A DNA stretch of 64,000 bases from an uncultured Candidatus Binatia bacterium (GCA_965215605.1 OZ244070.1:1952001-2016000); one strand, 5' to 3'. Counted from the stretch's first letter, positions 50,222 to 60,607 are shown. Notes: a model not told the origin generated them from the letters alone. Numbers and translations are program-made.

Positions 50222-51601
50222 ATGGGCTCCCCAAGTCTGATACTCGCGCTGCTGGGCCTGAGCTCCGTAAGCTACTACCTCGGCTGGCGGCGCTCCATCT
50301 CCCTGGCCCAGGGGACCGTCCGCAACCTGCACTCCCTTCCCGGATACCATGGCCTCTACACCGCCCTCTGGGCCGCGGTCCCGGCGCTCTTGCTGCTCTG
50401 CATCGGCGTGACCCTCAAGGGTCCCATCGTCACCTCGATCGTGGTCTCCGACCTGCCGGCGGAGGTCCAGAGCCTGCCGCCGGAACGGCTCAATCTGGTC
50501 ATCAACGACATCCGGAATCTGGCCTCGGGGAACATTGCTTCCCGGAAGAGCCCCGCCATGGTGGCCGCGGCGGACCGTTACGTCCGTCTCCAGGGATACG
50601 CAGCCATCGCCGTCACCGTGGCCGTCCTGGTATTGGGCGTGTTCTGCGGCGCCATCGCGTGGCGCACCATCCAGCCCGGGAAGCGGGCCCGAAACGCGGT
50701 CGAACGAACCATCCTGGGCTTCCTCATGGCGAGCTCCACCATCGCGATCCTCACCACCGTGGGGATCGTGCTTTCGGTGCTGTTCGAGTCGCTCCGTTTC
50801 TTCCAGGCGGTGCCGGTGACCGACTTCATCTTCGGCACCGAGTGGAGCCCGCAGATGGCCATTCGAGCCGACCAGGTGGGCGCGTCCGGCGCCTTCGGCG
50901 CCATTCCGTTGTTCGCCGGCACGCTGCTCATTTCCTTCATCGCCATGGTGGTGGCCGTACCGGTAGGCTTGATGTCGGCCATCTATCTGGCCGAGTACGC
51001 GCGGCCGCGGGTGCGGGCGGTGGTCAAGCCGTTGCTCGAGGTGCTGGCGGGCATCCCCACCGTGGTCTACGGCTTCTTTGCGGCCTTGACGGTGGCGCCG
51101 TTCATGCGTGGAATGGGCGAGAGCCTGGGCCTCGACGTGGCCTCCGAGAGCGCCCTGGCCGCCGGCCTGGTCATGGGGGTGATGATCATCCCGTTCGTTT
51201 CCTCGCTTTCCGATGACGTGATCAACGCGGTGCCGCAGGCCATGCGCGACGGCGCCTACGCGCTCGGCTCCACCCGGTCCGAGACCATCAAGAAGGTGGT
51301 CATCCCGGCGGCGCTCCCGGGCATCGTCGGCGGCGTTCTGCTGGCGGTCTCGCGCGCCATCGGGGAGACCATGATCGTCGTCATGGCCGCCGGCCTGGCC
51401 GCGAACCTCACCGCCAATCCGCTCAAGGCGGTGACCACCGTCACGGTCCAGATCGTGACGCTGCTGACCGGCGATCAGGAGTTCGACAGTCCGAAGACGC
51501 TGGCTGCATTCGCGTTGGGCCTGATGCTCTTCGTCGTCACCCTGGGCTTGAACGTCATCGCCCTGCAGGTGGTGCGCAAGTACCGCGAGCAGTACGAGTA
51601 G
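50222..51601 (+). CDS. pstC: Phosphate ABC permease PstC
   Basis: 'LAGIPTVVYG', 'SRAIGETM'. Confidence 0.93.
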   Translation: MGSPSLILALLGLSSVSYYLGWRRSISLAQGTVRNLHSLPGYHGLYTALWAAVPALLLLCIGVTLKGPIVTSIVVSDLPAEVQSLPPERLNLVINDIRNLASGNIASRKSPAMVAAADRYVRLQGYAAIAVTVAVLVLGVFCGAIAWRTIQPGKRARNAVERTILGFLMASSTIAILTTVGIVLSVLFESLRFFQAVPVTDFIFGTEWSPQMAIRADQVGASGAFGAIPLFAGTLLISFIAMVVAVPVGLMSAIYLAEYARPRVRAVVKPLLEVLAGIPTVVYGFFAALTVAPFMRGMGESLGLDVASESALAAGLVMGVMIIPFVSSLSDDVINAVPQAMRDGAYALGSTRSETIKKVVIPAALPGIVGGVLLAVSRAIGETMIVVMAAGLAANLTANPLKAVTTVTVQIVTLLTGDQEFDSPKTLAAFALGLMLFVVTLGLNVIALQVVRKYREQYE

Positions 51602-51603
51602 TC

Positions 51604-52893
51604 ATGACAACGCCCCCGAAAAGCACCATCGAACGCGTACGCGCCACCCTGGCCCGCCGGAACCGGGCGGAACGCCGCTTCAAGAACATGGGGCGCGGCG
51701 CGGTGCTCCTGGGGCTCGTGTTCCTGGTGCTGATGTTCGTCAACATCATCGCCACCGGCTACCCCGCCTTCTGGCAGACCTACGTGAAGCTGCCGGTCCA
51801 CTTCGACCCACAGGTGATCGACCCCCAGGGCCGGGGTGATCGTGAGACCCTCGGGTCCGCGGACTACGGCGCCCTGGTCAAGACGTCGGTGCGTTCGCTC
51901 TTCCCCGAAGTGAAGGGGAGACGGGACCGCCGGGACGTCGCCAAGCTGGCGAGCCGGGGAACCGTTTTCCAGCTTCGCCGCATGGTCCTGGACGATCCCT
52001 TGCTGGTAGGCGTCAGGACCGAGATCTGGGTGCCCGTCGACGACGACTACGACATGCTCCACAAGGGTAACGTCGACCGGACGCTGCCGGAGGCGGACCG
52101 GCGGCTGTCCGACAGAAAGATCGGGTGGTTCGATCGGCTCATCGCCGAAGGGCGCATCGAGTCCCGTTTCAACGCCACTTTCTTTCAGGCGGGCGACTCC
52201 CGGGAGCCGGAGCTTGCCGGCATCTGGGGTGCGGCCATGGGGTCGTTCTTCACGCTGCTGGTGACGCTGTCCTTGTCGTTCCCGCTCGGCGTGGCCACCG
52301 CCGTCTATCTGGAGGAGTTCGCTCCCAGGAATCGCGTGACCAGCCTGATCGAGGTCAACATCAACAACCTGGCCGCGGTGCCGTCCATCGTCTTCGGACT
52401 GCTGGGCCTGGCGGTGTTCATCAACCTGTTCGGCTTCCCGCGCTCCGCGCCGCTGGTGGGCGGGCTGGTCCTTACGCTGATGACCCTTCCCACCATCATC
52501 ATCGCCGGCCGGGCGGCGCTTACGTCGGTACCGCCCTCGATTCGGGAAGCGGCGTTGGGAGTGGGCGCGTCCAAGATGCAGATGATCGTGCACCACGTGT
52601 TGCCCCTGGCCATGCCCGGCATGCTGACCGGCACCATCATCGGCATGGCCCGGGCTCTGGGAGAGACCGCGCCGCTTCTGATGATCGGAATGGTGGCGTT
52701 CGTGGTGGATATCCCCGAGAGCGTGACGGATGCGGCGACCGCGCTGCCCGTGCAGATCTTTCTATGGTTGGACAGCCCCGAACGCGCCTTCGTGGAGCGG
52801 GCTTCCGCGGCGATCATGGTGCTGCTGGCGTTTCTCATCGCCATGAACGCCCTGGCCATCGTGCTGCGGCGGCGCTTTGAAAGACGCTGGTAG
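51604..52893 (+). CDS. pstA: Phosphate ABC permease PstA
   Basis: '[11 protein letters not shown]', '[10 protein letters not shown]'. Confidence 0.93.
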   Translation: MTTPPKSTIERVRATLARRNRAERRFKNMGRGAVLLGLVFLVLMFVNIIATGYPAFWQTYVKLPVHFDPQVIDPQGRGDRETLGSADYGALVKTSVRSLFPEVKGRRDRRDVAKLASRGTVFQLRRMVLDDPLLVGVRTEIWVPVDDDYDMLHKGNVDRTLPEADRRLSDRKIGWFDRLIAEGRIESRFNATFFQAGDSREPELAGIWGAAMGSFFTLLVTLSLSFPLGVATAVYLEEFAPRNRVTSLIEVNINNLAAVPSIVFGLLGLAVFINLFGFPRSAPLVGGLVLTLMTLPTIIIAGRAALTSVPPSIREAALGVGASKMQMIVHHVLPLAMPGMLTGTIIGMARALGETAPLLMIGMVAFVVDIPESVTDAATALPVQIFLWLDSPERAFVERASAAIMVLLAFLIAMNALAIVLRRRFERRW

Positions 52894-52943
52894 CAAGAGG
52901 CTGGCAAAACTGGCACAAACAAGCAGTTCAGGAGACGCCGATT

Positions 52944-53822
52944 ATGGCCGATCAACTGGGTGTCGCAGTCATGGAGGCAGGCGCGTTGGAGTTCCGGGCA
53001 GCCGAGGTGGAGGACATCGACGAGCGACGGGAGAGCCGCGAGACCGTGGGCACGCCGTTCGCGGACGACCCCCGCATGACCTGCCGCGACGTCAACGTCT
53101 ACTACGGTGACAACCACGCCATCAAGAACGTCAGCCTGGACATAGGCCGCGAACAGGTGCTCGCCATGATCGGGCCGTCGGGGTGCGGCAAGTCCACCTT
53201 CCTCCGGGCCCTCAACCGGATGAACGACACTATCGACGGCTGCCGCATGACGGGTGAGATCAGGCTCGACGGCCAGGACATCTACGACAAGGACATGGAC
53301 GTGGTGCCGCTGAGGGCGCTGGTGGGCATGGTGTTCCAGAAGCCCAATCCCTTCCCCAAGTCGATCTTCGACAACATCGCCTACGGCGTGCGCATCCACG
53401 GTTTGGCGGAGTCCAAGTCCGAGGTCGAAGGGATCGTCGAGCACAGCCTCAAGCGCGCCGGCCTGTGGGAAGAGGTCAACGACCGGCTGGACCAGCCCGG
53501 CACGGGCCTCTCCGGCGGGCAGCAGCAGCGGCTGTGCATCGCCCGGACCATCGCGGTGAGTCCCGAGGTCATCCTCATGGACGAGCCCTGCTCGGCCCTC
53601 GACCCCATCGCCACCGCCCGCGTCGAGGACCTCATCAACGAGATCGGCCAGGACTACACCATCGCCATCGTCACCCACTCCATGCAGCAGGCCGCTCGGG
53701 TGTCGCAGCGGACCGCCTACTTCCACCTGGGAGACTTGCTGGAGGTCGGCCCCACGGACCAGATCTTCACCAACCCCATCCACCCCCTCACCGAGGACTA
53801 CATCACCGGGCGTTTCGGCTGA
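52944..53822 (+). CDS. pstB: Phosphate ABC ATPase PstB
   Basis: 'GPSGCGKST', 'FQKPNPFP', 'LSGGQQQR', 'YITGRFG'. Confidence 0.95.
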   Translation: MADQLGVAVMEAGALEFRAAEVEDIDERRESRETVGTPFADDPRMTCRDVNVYYGDNHAIKNVSLDIGREQVLAMIGPSGCGKSTFLRALNRMNDTIDGCRMTGEIRLDGQDIYDKDMDVVPLRALVGMVFQKPNPFPKSIFDNIAYGVRIHGLAESKSEVEGIVEHSLKRAGLWEEVNDRLDQPGTGLSGGQQQRLCIARTIAVSPEVILMDEPCSALDPIATARVEDLINEIGQDYTIAIVTHSMQQAARVSQRTAYFHLGDLLEVGPTDQIFTNPIHPLTEDYITGRFG

Positions 53823-53865
53823 TCGCCGGTCCCAAGATCCGGAACGGCATCCCCACACCCCTCTC

Positions 53866-53918
53866 CGTCATTCCCGCGAAAGCTTGTCCTCGACCCCGAT
53901 CGGGGACGGAAATCCAGG
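53866..53918 (+). repeat. CGTC-type REP with a 24-bp internal insertion
   Basis: CGTCATTCCCGCGAAAGC + TTGTCCTCGACCCCGATCGGGGAC + GGAAATCCAGG. Confidence 0.7.
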
Positions 53919-53941
53919 CGGGGTGGGGCGGTCGTGTGCGA

Positions 53942-54868
53942 TCAGTTGCCGGTCACCGAGTCCACGTCGCCGAACAGCGCTCCGAGCCGTTCCAGCGCTT
54001 CGGACGGCAACGGCGGCATGAGCGCGGCCGCGATGTTGGCCTCCAGGTGGCCCTCGTCGCCGGTGCCGGTCAGCACCACGTCGGCGCCCGGCTCGTGCAC
54101 GCAGAAGCGGTAGGCCGCCTCCGTGAGGCTTTCGGCGCAGCCGTTGTCGGTAAGGAACCCGAGGTCGGCGCCGGGTGCCAGGAGGGCGTTCCGCTCCATT
54201 TCCCGCAGCAGCTTCGCGAGGCTCGCCGGCTGGCTCAGCGCCCGCCGCACCGCGAACATCACCAGGGTCCCCACGCCCTTCTCCCGCGTGAGCGGGAACA
54301 CACTGTGGCGCGCCGACGGATTCAGCAGGTTGAACCCCACCATCACCACGTCCCACCAGGGGTCGCGCAGCCCTCGCCGCAGCATCTGGTGACGCGGGTT
54401 GGCCGGAAACTCCTCGGTGATGCCCACCGCGCGAATCTTGCCCTCCTCCCTCAACGCCATCAGGACAGGCGCCATCACACTCGCCGCGAACTCATAACGC
54501 TTCTCACTCACGCCGTGGAGATGAAAGACGTCCACGTAATCCGTGCCCAACCGCCGGAGGCTCGCCTCCACGCCAGCGCGCATGAACCTCGCCGGGTCCG
54601 GATCATCCGGCTCCGGCATGATTTTCTTGGTGGAGATCACCACCCGGTCCCGCGGCACGCCGCGGATGGCCGCCCCCACGATTTCCTCCGTGCCGTAGTT
54701 CTCCGCGGTGTCCAGGAAGTTCACTCCCAGGTCCAGCGCCCTCCGCACCAGCCGGACGGAATGTTCAGGGCTTTTGCCGGCACGCTGTCCGAGCCGGCTC
54801 GGACCGCCGCAACCCAGCCCGACGACGCTTACCCGGAGCCCGGTGTTGCCGAGATTGGTGTAGTTCAT
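53942..54868 (-). CDS. Aldo/keto reductase
   Basis: 'LGNTGLRVSVVGLG', 'DTAENYG', 'SLRRLGTDYVD'. Confidence 0.9.
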   Translation of the reverse strand: MNYTNLGNTGLRVSVVGLGCGGPSRLGQRAGKSPEHSVRLVRRALDLGVNFLDTAENYGTEEIVGAAIRGVPRDRVVISTKKIMPEPDDPDPARFMRAGVEASLRRLGTDYVDVFHLHGVSEKRYEFAASVMAPVLMALREEGKIRAVGITEEFPANPRHQMLRRGLRDPWWDVVMVGFNLLNPSARHSVFPLTREKGVGTLVMFAVRRALSQPASLAKLLREMERNALLAPGADLGFLTDNGCAESLTEAAYRFCVHEPGADVVLTGTGDEGHLEANIAAALMPPLPSEALERLGALFGDVDSVTGN

Positions 54869-54960
54869 GGTACTCCTTCGTTGGTCTGGACGCCCACTCG
54901 TTAGCAAAAGCAATCCGGAATTGCCCTTGTCTCGCTTTTTGTATGGTGTATTATGGGTGT

Positions 54961-55161
54961 ATGGTACGCACTAATATCAACATCGACGACGAGGCTTGTG
55001 CGGAGGTCATGCGCCGCTATCGCCTGAACACCAAGCGTGAAGCCGTGAACTTTGCGCTCCGAGCCCTTGCGGTAGAACCCTTCGGCGTCGACGAGGCTCG
55101 GCGTCTTCGTGGGTCAGGATGGGAGGGCGACCTCGACGACATGCGGACCGGCCGCTCGTGA
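54961..55161 (+). CDS. vapB: VapB-family antitoxin
   Basis: 'RTNINIDD...TKREAVNFALR...GWEGDLD'. Confidence 0.88.
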   Translation: MVRTNINIDDEACAEVMRRYRLNTKREAVNFALRALAVEPFGVDEARRLRGSGWEGDLDDMRTGRS

Positions 55162-55544
55162 TCCTGATCGACACTTCCGCGTGGGTCGAGTTTCTTCGCG
55201 ATACGGGCTCGGCGACGTGTAGTCGCGTCGACGCGGTACTCGATGACGAGATCGCGATCTGCGACGCCATTCGGATGGAGGTGCTCGCCGGAGCGCGCGA
55301 CGAGCGACATCTACAGTCACTCCGGCGTTTGCTTGCGCTTGCCACGGTGTTGCCAACGGAACCTGCCCACTACGACGACGCCGCAAGTCTCTACCGCGCC
55401 TGCCGCCGAAGAGGGGAGACCGTTCGCAAGTTGATCGATTGCCTTATCGGCGCCGTTGCCATCCGCGCCGACGCGCCTGTACTCCACAGCGATGCCGACT
55501 TTGATATCCTGGCTCGCCATACGGAACTGAAAACAGCAACATGA
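55158..55544 (+). CDS. vapC: VapC PIN toxin
   Basis: 'ILIDTSAWVEFLR', 'MEVLAGA', 'DCLIGA', 'LHSDADF'; GTGA overlap with vapB. Confidence 0.9.
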   Translation: MILIDTSAWVEFLRDTGSATCSRVDAVLDDEIAICDAIRMEVLAGARDERHLQSLRRLLALATVLPTEPAHYDDAASLYRACRRRGETVRKLIDCLIGAVAIRADAPVLHSDADFDILARHTELKTAT

Positions 55545-55557
55545 TAGGGACTTGGCA

Positions 55558-57054
55558 TCAGCCGGCCTCCTCGAACGCATACGCCGCTCGATAGATCGTG
55601 ATCTCGTCAAAGAGCCGGCCCACCAGCATCATTCCCACGGGCCGTCCGTCCTTGGTGGCGCCGCAGGGCAGGGAGATGGCCGGGTGGCCGGTGACGTTGA
55701 AGGGGCCGGTGTTGGCCAGCATTTCGCTGGCGCGCCGCGCGCGCTCGGCGGCATCGGCGCCGGCGGCGGGCAGGGGTGTGGCTGCCATGGGCGTGGTGGG
55801 CATGAGCAGCAGGTCGTGATCGGCGAAGACCTCGTCATAGCCCCGGCGGATGGCGCGGCGAAGCTGTTGCGCCTTGACGTAGTAGCGTCCCGGGTGGCGG
55901 CGCCGCACGAAGCCGCCGAACAGGAGCAGGGCCATCACGTTCTCGGGCAGCTCCCGCCAGCGTTGACGCCAAGCGGCGAAAGGCTCGGCAGGGCTTGACG
56001 AACCGAGACCCTCCGCGCCGGGCATGATGCCGCACATGCCCAGTGAGTGGGCCAGGCTCTCGACGTAGATGGGCTGGGCCAACAGCCAAGCCCGTTTGTG
56101 AACGGGCGCCGATACCTCGGCGACATCGAGACCGGCGGCAGCCAGGGCGCCGGCCGCGGCCCGCACGCTCTCGTCCACCTCGGCTTCCGTGTTGCGGTGT
56201 CCGAAGCCTTCCTTTACCACGGCCACTCGCAAGCCCTTGGCGCCGGCCCGGCGCGCGTGGGTGTATCGCACCGGTTGCCAGGAGCCGGGTTGACGCGGGT
56301 CCATGCCGTCGCGTCCGGCCAGGACTTCCAGTAGCAGGGCGTTGGTGTCCACGTCCCGCGTCATGGGGCCGCAGTGGTCCACGGCCGGGTCGAGGCCCAG
56401 GATGCCGGTGTAGGGGACCAGCCCGTGGCTGGGCTTGAGCCCGACGATGCCGCACCAGGCCGCCGGCACCCGGATGGAACCGGCTTGGTCGCAACCCAAG
56501 GCCATGTCCGCGTCGCCGGCCGCTACGGCCGCGGCGCTGCCCGATGACGAGCCGCCCGCGGAATAGCCGGCCTTGTGCGGATGGACGACGGGTCCATTGG
56601 CGCCGCTATGGCTGCCGCCCGAGAGGGACAAATACTCGCAGTTGGTCTTGCCGACGATCTCGGCGCCGGCGCGGAGCGCCCGGGTGACCACGGTGGCGTC
56701 GACGTCGGGTACGTAGCCCTCGACGAACGAGGCGCCGTTCATCGTGGGCAACCCTGCCACGCAGATGGAGTCCTTCACCGCCAGGGTCTTGCCCGCGAGC
56801 CGGCCGCGGTACGCTTCCCGGATGGACGTCTTCACGAACCAGGCGTTGCAGCGGTTCAGGTCCGGCTCCGGACGTTGCCAGGAGCGCCGCCGAGCCGTCG
56901 GCGCCGGTTCCGGTTCCTCGTCCACCGCCGCATAGGCGCGGGAGAGTCCTTCCATCCGCTCCAGATAACCGGCCAGTTCGTCGTCCGACAAATCAATGCC
57001 GAGATCGCCGGCCACGGCCCGCATCTGCTCCAGCGTCGGTCTGATGAAGGTCAC
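55558..57054 (-). CDS. Amidase-signature family enzyme
   Basis: 'AVKD', 'GGSSSGSA', 'DQAGSIRVPA', 'GLKP'. Confidence 0.9.
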   Translation of the reverse strand: MTFIRPTLEQMRAVAGDLGIDLSDDELAGYLERMEGLSRAYAAVDEEPEPAPTARRRSWQRPEPDLNRCNAWFVKTSIREAYRGRLAGKTLAVKDSICVAGLPTMNGASFVEGYVPDVDATVVTRALRAGAEIVGKTNCEYLSLSGGSHSGANGPVVHPHKAGYSAGGSSSGSAAAVAAGDADMALGCDQAGSIRVPAAWCGIVGLKPSHGLVPYTGILGLDPAVDHCGPMTRDVDTNALLLEVLAGRDGMDPRQPGSWQPVRYTHARRAGAKGLRVAVVKEGFGHRNTEAEVDESVRAAAGALAAAGLDVAEVSAPVHKRAWLLAQPIYVESLAHSLGMCGIMPGAEGLGSSSPAEPFAAWRQRWRELPENVMALLLFGGFVRRRHPGRYYVKAQQLRRAIRRGYDEVFADHDLLLMPTTPMAATPLPAAGADAAERARRASEMLANTGPFNVTGHPAISLPCGATKDGRPVGMMLVGRLFDEITIYRAAYAFEEAG

Positions 57055-57158
57055 CGCTTTGACACCACCCGCGTGCCCACGTCAGCCTCCCCGCGCAGGT
57101 TCCGCACGTACAACTCGTCGATGAAGCCGGAGTCGTCCGGATCCCAAACTTCGAAGGA

Positions 57159-57701
57159 TCAGCTCAGTAGCCGGGTGTTTGCCGTCAACATAGTCAGTCC
57201 TTCTCCGGCAAAGTCCCCGTCGTCCGTCACAAGCTTCATGCCTGTCCTCCTGCATGCTTCCCCGATAACCTGATCATTGAAATCGGTTCCGCCTTTCCCA
57301 TACTCGGTGGTCAACGCCTCCATGTCCAATGCCGTGAAGCCACTTTCCATGGGTATACATTGCTTAAGAATACGCCGAGTGTCGGCGGCGATGCCGGAAG
57401 CGCCCGACTTGAAAGCGTCGCTGTTGCGGAACGTCTTGAAGTTGACAACGGAACCTTGGTGGAATTTATGATAGTGGAATCTGGCCCAGCGGTTGATGAT
57501 CTCGGACAAGACAACCACGTCGATATGGATGCGGCTTCCCGCCTCCAGGATGCGCCGAAATGCGGAGGAGTAGTAGTCTTTTCTAACTCCAGCGTGGGGC
57601 CTCTGCGGCCCATAAATGTAAAGCCAGACATTGGCGTCAAAAAACAGGTCATCCTCCGACGTAAAACGGTAGTCTTCCACGTGCAGCACCTCACCTGCCA
57701 T
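57159..57701 (-). CDS. PIN-domain nuclease (about 180 aa)
   Basis: 'FFDANVWLY', 'VLSEIINR', 'DFNDQVI', 'LVTDDGDF': full acidic PIN set. Confidence 0.82.
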   Translation of the reverse strand: MAGEVLHVEDYRFTSEDDLFFDANVWLYIYGPQRPHAGVRKDYYSSAFRRILEAGSRIHIDVVVLSEIINRWARFHYHKFHQGSVVNFKTFRNSDAFKSGASGIAADTRRILKQCIPMESGFTALDMEALTTEYGKGGTDFNDQVIGEACRRTGMKLVTDDGDFAGEGLTMLTANTRLLS

Positions 57702-58062
57702 TGCCGCCGTCCTCGTCCTCCAAAGTCTCACGAGCCGCTTGCTTGAATCTCTCAGGGTCGCTGAAGTACAGTTTCGCGGTGTCGACGACACGCTTCAAGA
57801 GGGCTAGATCTTCGGCCTCCATGTCTTCGACCCTGAGCAATTCACGAATCTGGTTTTCCCCGAACTCACCGTACAACTGCCCGATAGCCGTGTTGAGGAA
57901 GGCTGACGTCAGCGTCGAGACGTTGAGAAACGACAGCACGACGTGGCGATTTCGCCTGAGCGTGGCTTCTAGCCGGTTGTAGACTTTCTGTCCGTCACCC
58001 GAGGCGACGCACAAGGGGCTACCGACCACACCGAATACGGATATCGCAACACTATTGTTCAT
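57691..58062 (-). CDS. STAS-like (DUF4325-type) protein
   Basis: 'DGQKVY', 'VVLSFLNVSTLTSAFLNTAIGQLY'. Confidence 0.78.
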   Translation of the reverse strand: MNNSVAISVFGVVGSPLCVASGDGQKVYNRLEATLRRNRHVVLSFLNVSTLTSAFLNTAIGQLYGEFGENQIRELLRVEDMEAEDLALLKRVVDTAKLYFSDPERFKQAARETLEDEDGGNGR

Positions 58063-58071
58063 CGGAGGACC

Positions 58072-58944
58072 TCAAAAAATATCGTCTGTCTCGGGTTCGG
58101 AGGAAAGGCTGTAAGAACTCCGATCCGAGGTATCGATTTCGATACTCACAACGGTGCCGGGGAACGCAGTCCCCAGTTGCCCCTTGTTGTTACGTCCGTC
58201 TTCCCGTCGCCAATAGCCGGCGTCAGACACGATCTGGAGGAAGCCGCCGTTCAGATCTACGAACTCGCGCAGCAATTTCAAACCCAATCCCCCAGGGACA
58301 CCGCCGCGTTTTGTCGTGTTGTTAGCTTGGGTCGCCCATTCGATGGCGTCCTCCGGATTCAAGTCAACTCCGATATAACGGTGTACGTTACTATGTATCC
58401 CTACTCCTAAATCGGCCACACAGAAGTTAAGTTTAGATCGGGTTGGAAAAAGTTGTCCGCAACTGAAGATGCCCAGTTTTGTCCGGGAATGTAGGACGGC
58501 GTTGCTGAATATCTCGAAGATGCTCTCGCAAAACTTCTTTCGGAGGCCGGTGGACATCTCCGGTATTTCCGAGCGCTGGATGAATTCGTCCTCAATGTAA
58601 CGAGCAAAGTAGCGATCATCGTCAGCGTCGAATCGTTTGTAGGAGATCGTCGTCCCCCAGTAATCGGGAATCTTGGTGCGGCCGTAATGACTGAGGAAAC
58701 CGTTTTTCTTGAGGACGCTTTCGATCATTGGGTGGATATGGGTCAAGCGGACTGTGTTCAGATTGTCTTCCATTCCGTACAAGATTGCGCCAAAAGCGGC
58801 GCACATGTCGGCGTCAAGCCAATCCGTCGCACGCATGTCGATCTCGATATCTTCCAGGAAACAGTCCGAGGTCCGGGCATGAAGATCTGCAAGGACCCGA
58901 AATCCAGAGGAACTGTGGTGGATCGCGGACAAAGGGATTCTCAT
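58072..58944 (-). CDS. STAS-like plus GHKL (HATPase) protein, RsbW-like kinase/ATPase
   Basis: N-box 'EIFSNAVLHS', G1 'ADLGVGI', G2 'GGLGL', G3 'PGT'; N-terminal 'IDMRATDWLDAD'. Confidence 0.78.
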   Translation of the reverse strand: MRIPLSAIHHSSSGFRVLADLHARTSDCFLEDIEIDMRATDWLDADMCAAFGAILYGMEDNLNTVRLTHIHPMIESVLKKNGFLSHYGRTKIPDYWGTTISYKRFDADDDRYFARYIEDEFIQRSEIPEMSTGLRKKFCESIFEIFSNAVLHSRTKLGIFSCGQLFPTRSKLNFCVADLGVGIHSNVHRYIGVDLNPEDAIEWATQANNTTKRGGVPGGLGLKLLREFVDLNGGFLQIVSDAGYWRREDGRNNKGQLGTAFPGTVVSIEIDTSDRSSYSLSSEPETDDIF

Positions 58945-58978
58945 GCCTGCATCCGGGCCGTTGTTGACGCGGTCCCGC

Positions 58979-60607
58979 TCACCCCCGCAGCCGCCGGTAA
59001 CGCCGGATCAACGCGTTGGTGGAGCTGTCGTGATCCAGCTCCGGCGCATCCTGGCTTTCGAGCTCCGGAACGATGCGCTGGGCCAGGGCCTTGCCGAGCT
59101 CCACGCCCCACTGGTCGAAGGAGTTGATGCCCCAGATGGAGCCCTGGACGAACACCTTGTGCTCGTAGAGGCCGATGATCTTGCCGAGGGTCTCGGGGGT
59201 CAGCCGCTCCGCCAGGATCGTGTTGGTGGGACGGTTGCCCTCGAAGGTCCGGTGCGGCACCTGGAAGTCCGGCATCCCTTCGGCGGCTGCTTCCACGCCG
59301 GTCTTGCCGAAGGCCAGCGCCTCAGTCTGCGCGAACAGGTTGGCCATCAGCAGGTCGTGGTGGTTCCCCAGGGGATTCAGGGTCCGGCAGAAGCCGATGA
59401 AGTCGCACGGGATGAGCTTCGTGCCCTGGTGGATCAACTGGTAGTAGGCGTGCTGGCCGTTGGTGCCCGGCTGTCCCCAGATGATCGGGCCGGTCTGGTA
59501 GTCCACGGCCTCGCCTTCCAGGGTGACGTGCTTGCCGTTGCTCTCCATGTCGAGTTGCTGGCAGTAGGCGCTCAGGCGCCACAGGTACTGGTCGTAGGGC
59601 AGGATGGAATGGGTCTCGGCGCCGAAGAAGTTGTTGTACCAGATGCCCAGGAGCCCCAGCAGCACCGGCAGGTTCTTCTCGAAGGGGGCAGTGCGGAAGT
59701 GCTCGTCCATGGCGTGGAGTCCGCCCAGCATGGACCGGAAGTTGTCCGGGCCGACCGCGATCATCAGCGACAGGCCGATGGCGGAGTCGTAGGAGTAGCG
59801 TCCCCCCACCCAGTCCCAGAAGCCGAACATGTTGTCGGTGTCGATGCCGAAGCGCCGTACTTCGTCGTGGTTGGTGGACACGGCCACGAAGTGACGGGCC
59901 ACGGCGGTCTCGTCCTTGAGGGCGGCCAGGCACCAGTCCCGCGCCGTGTGGGCGTTCTTCAGGGTCTCCAGGGTGGTGAAGGTCTTGGAGCTGACGATGA
60001 ACAGGGTCTCCGCCGGGTCCAGGCCCTGGGTGGTCTCGGCGAAGTCGGTGGCGTCGACGTTGGAGACGAAGCCCAAATCGAGGGAGCGGTCGCTGTAGTG
60101 GCGGAGGGCCTCGTAGGCCATCACCGGCCCCAGGTCCGAGCCGCCGATGCCGATGTTGACGACGTTGCGGATGCGCTTGCCGGTGTGACCTTTCCATTCA
60201 CCGGAGCGGACGCGGTCGGCGAAGGATGACATCCGGTCCAGCACGGCGTGCACGTCCGGCACCACATCCTCGCCGTCCGCCAGGATGCTCTGGCCGCGCG
60301 GCGCCCGCAGCGCCACGTGCAGCACCGGCCGCCCCTCGGTGACGTTGATCCGCTCGCCGCCGAACATGGCGTCGACGCGTTCCTTGACGCCGGTGGCCCG
60401 CGCCAGCTTCAGCAGCAGGCCCAGGGTCCCGTCGGTGATGCGGTTCTTGGAGTAGTCGAGGTAGAGCCCCGCGCCCTCGACGGCGAGCCGCTCGCCGCGG
60501 CTTGCGTCTTCCGCGAACAGCGCCCGCAGGTGCACGTCCTTGATCTTGTCGTAGTGCGCGGCGAGATCCTGCCACGCCGGCAGCTCGGTCAGGCGATGAG
60601 TGGCGAT
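58979..60607 (-). CDS. pgi: Glucose-6-phosphate isomerase (probable non-canonical ATC start)
   Basis: 'LDYSKN', '[10 protein letters not shown]', 'SSKTFTT', 'DWVGGRYS', '[10 protein letters not shown]', '[10 protein letters not shown]'. Confidence 0.95.
   Translation of the reverse strand: MATHRLTELPAWQDLAAHYDKIKDVHLRALFAEDASRGERLAVEGAGLYLDYSKNRITDGTLGLLLKLARATGVKERVDAMFGGERINVTEGRPVLHVALRAPRGQSILADGEDVVPDVHAVLDRMSSFADRVRSGEWKGHTGKRIRNVVNIGIGGSDLGPVMAYEALRHYSDRSLDLGFVSNVDATDFAETTQGLDPAETLFIVSSKTFTTLETLKNAHTARDWCLAALKDETAVARHFVAVSTNHDEVRRFGIDTDNMFGFWDWVGGRYSYDSAIGLSLMIAVGPDNFRSMLGGLHAMDEHFRTAPFEKNLPVLLGLLGIWYNNFFGAETHSILPYDQYLWRLSAYCQQLDMESNGKHVTLEGEAVDYQTGPIIWGQPGTNGQHAYYQLIHQGTKLIPCDFIGFCRTLNPLGNHHDLLMANLFAQTEALAFGKTGVEAAAEGMPDFQVPHRTFEGNRPTNTILAERLTPETLGKIIGLYEHKVFVQGSIWGINSFDQWGVELGKALAQRIVPELESQDAPELDHDSSTNALIRRYRRLRG

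Noticed and set aside
57051-57161. UGA read-through from the PIN gene into the in-frame downstream stub
   Set aside because: The PIN domain is complete, no SECIS-like hairpin is evident, and in-frame coincidence has a one in three chance
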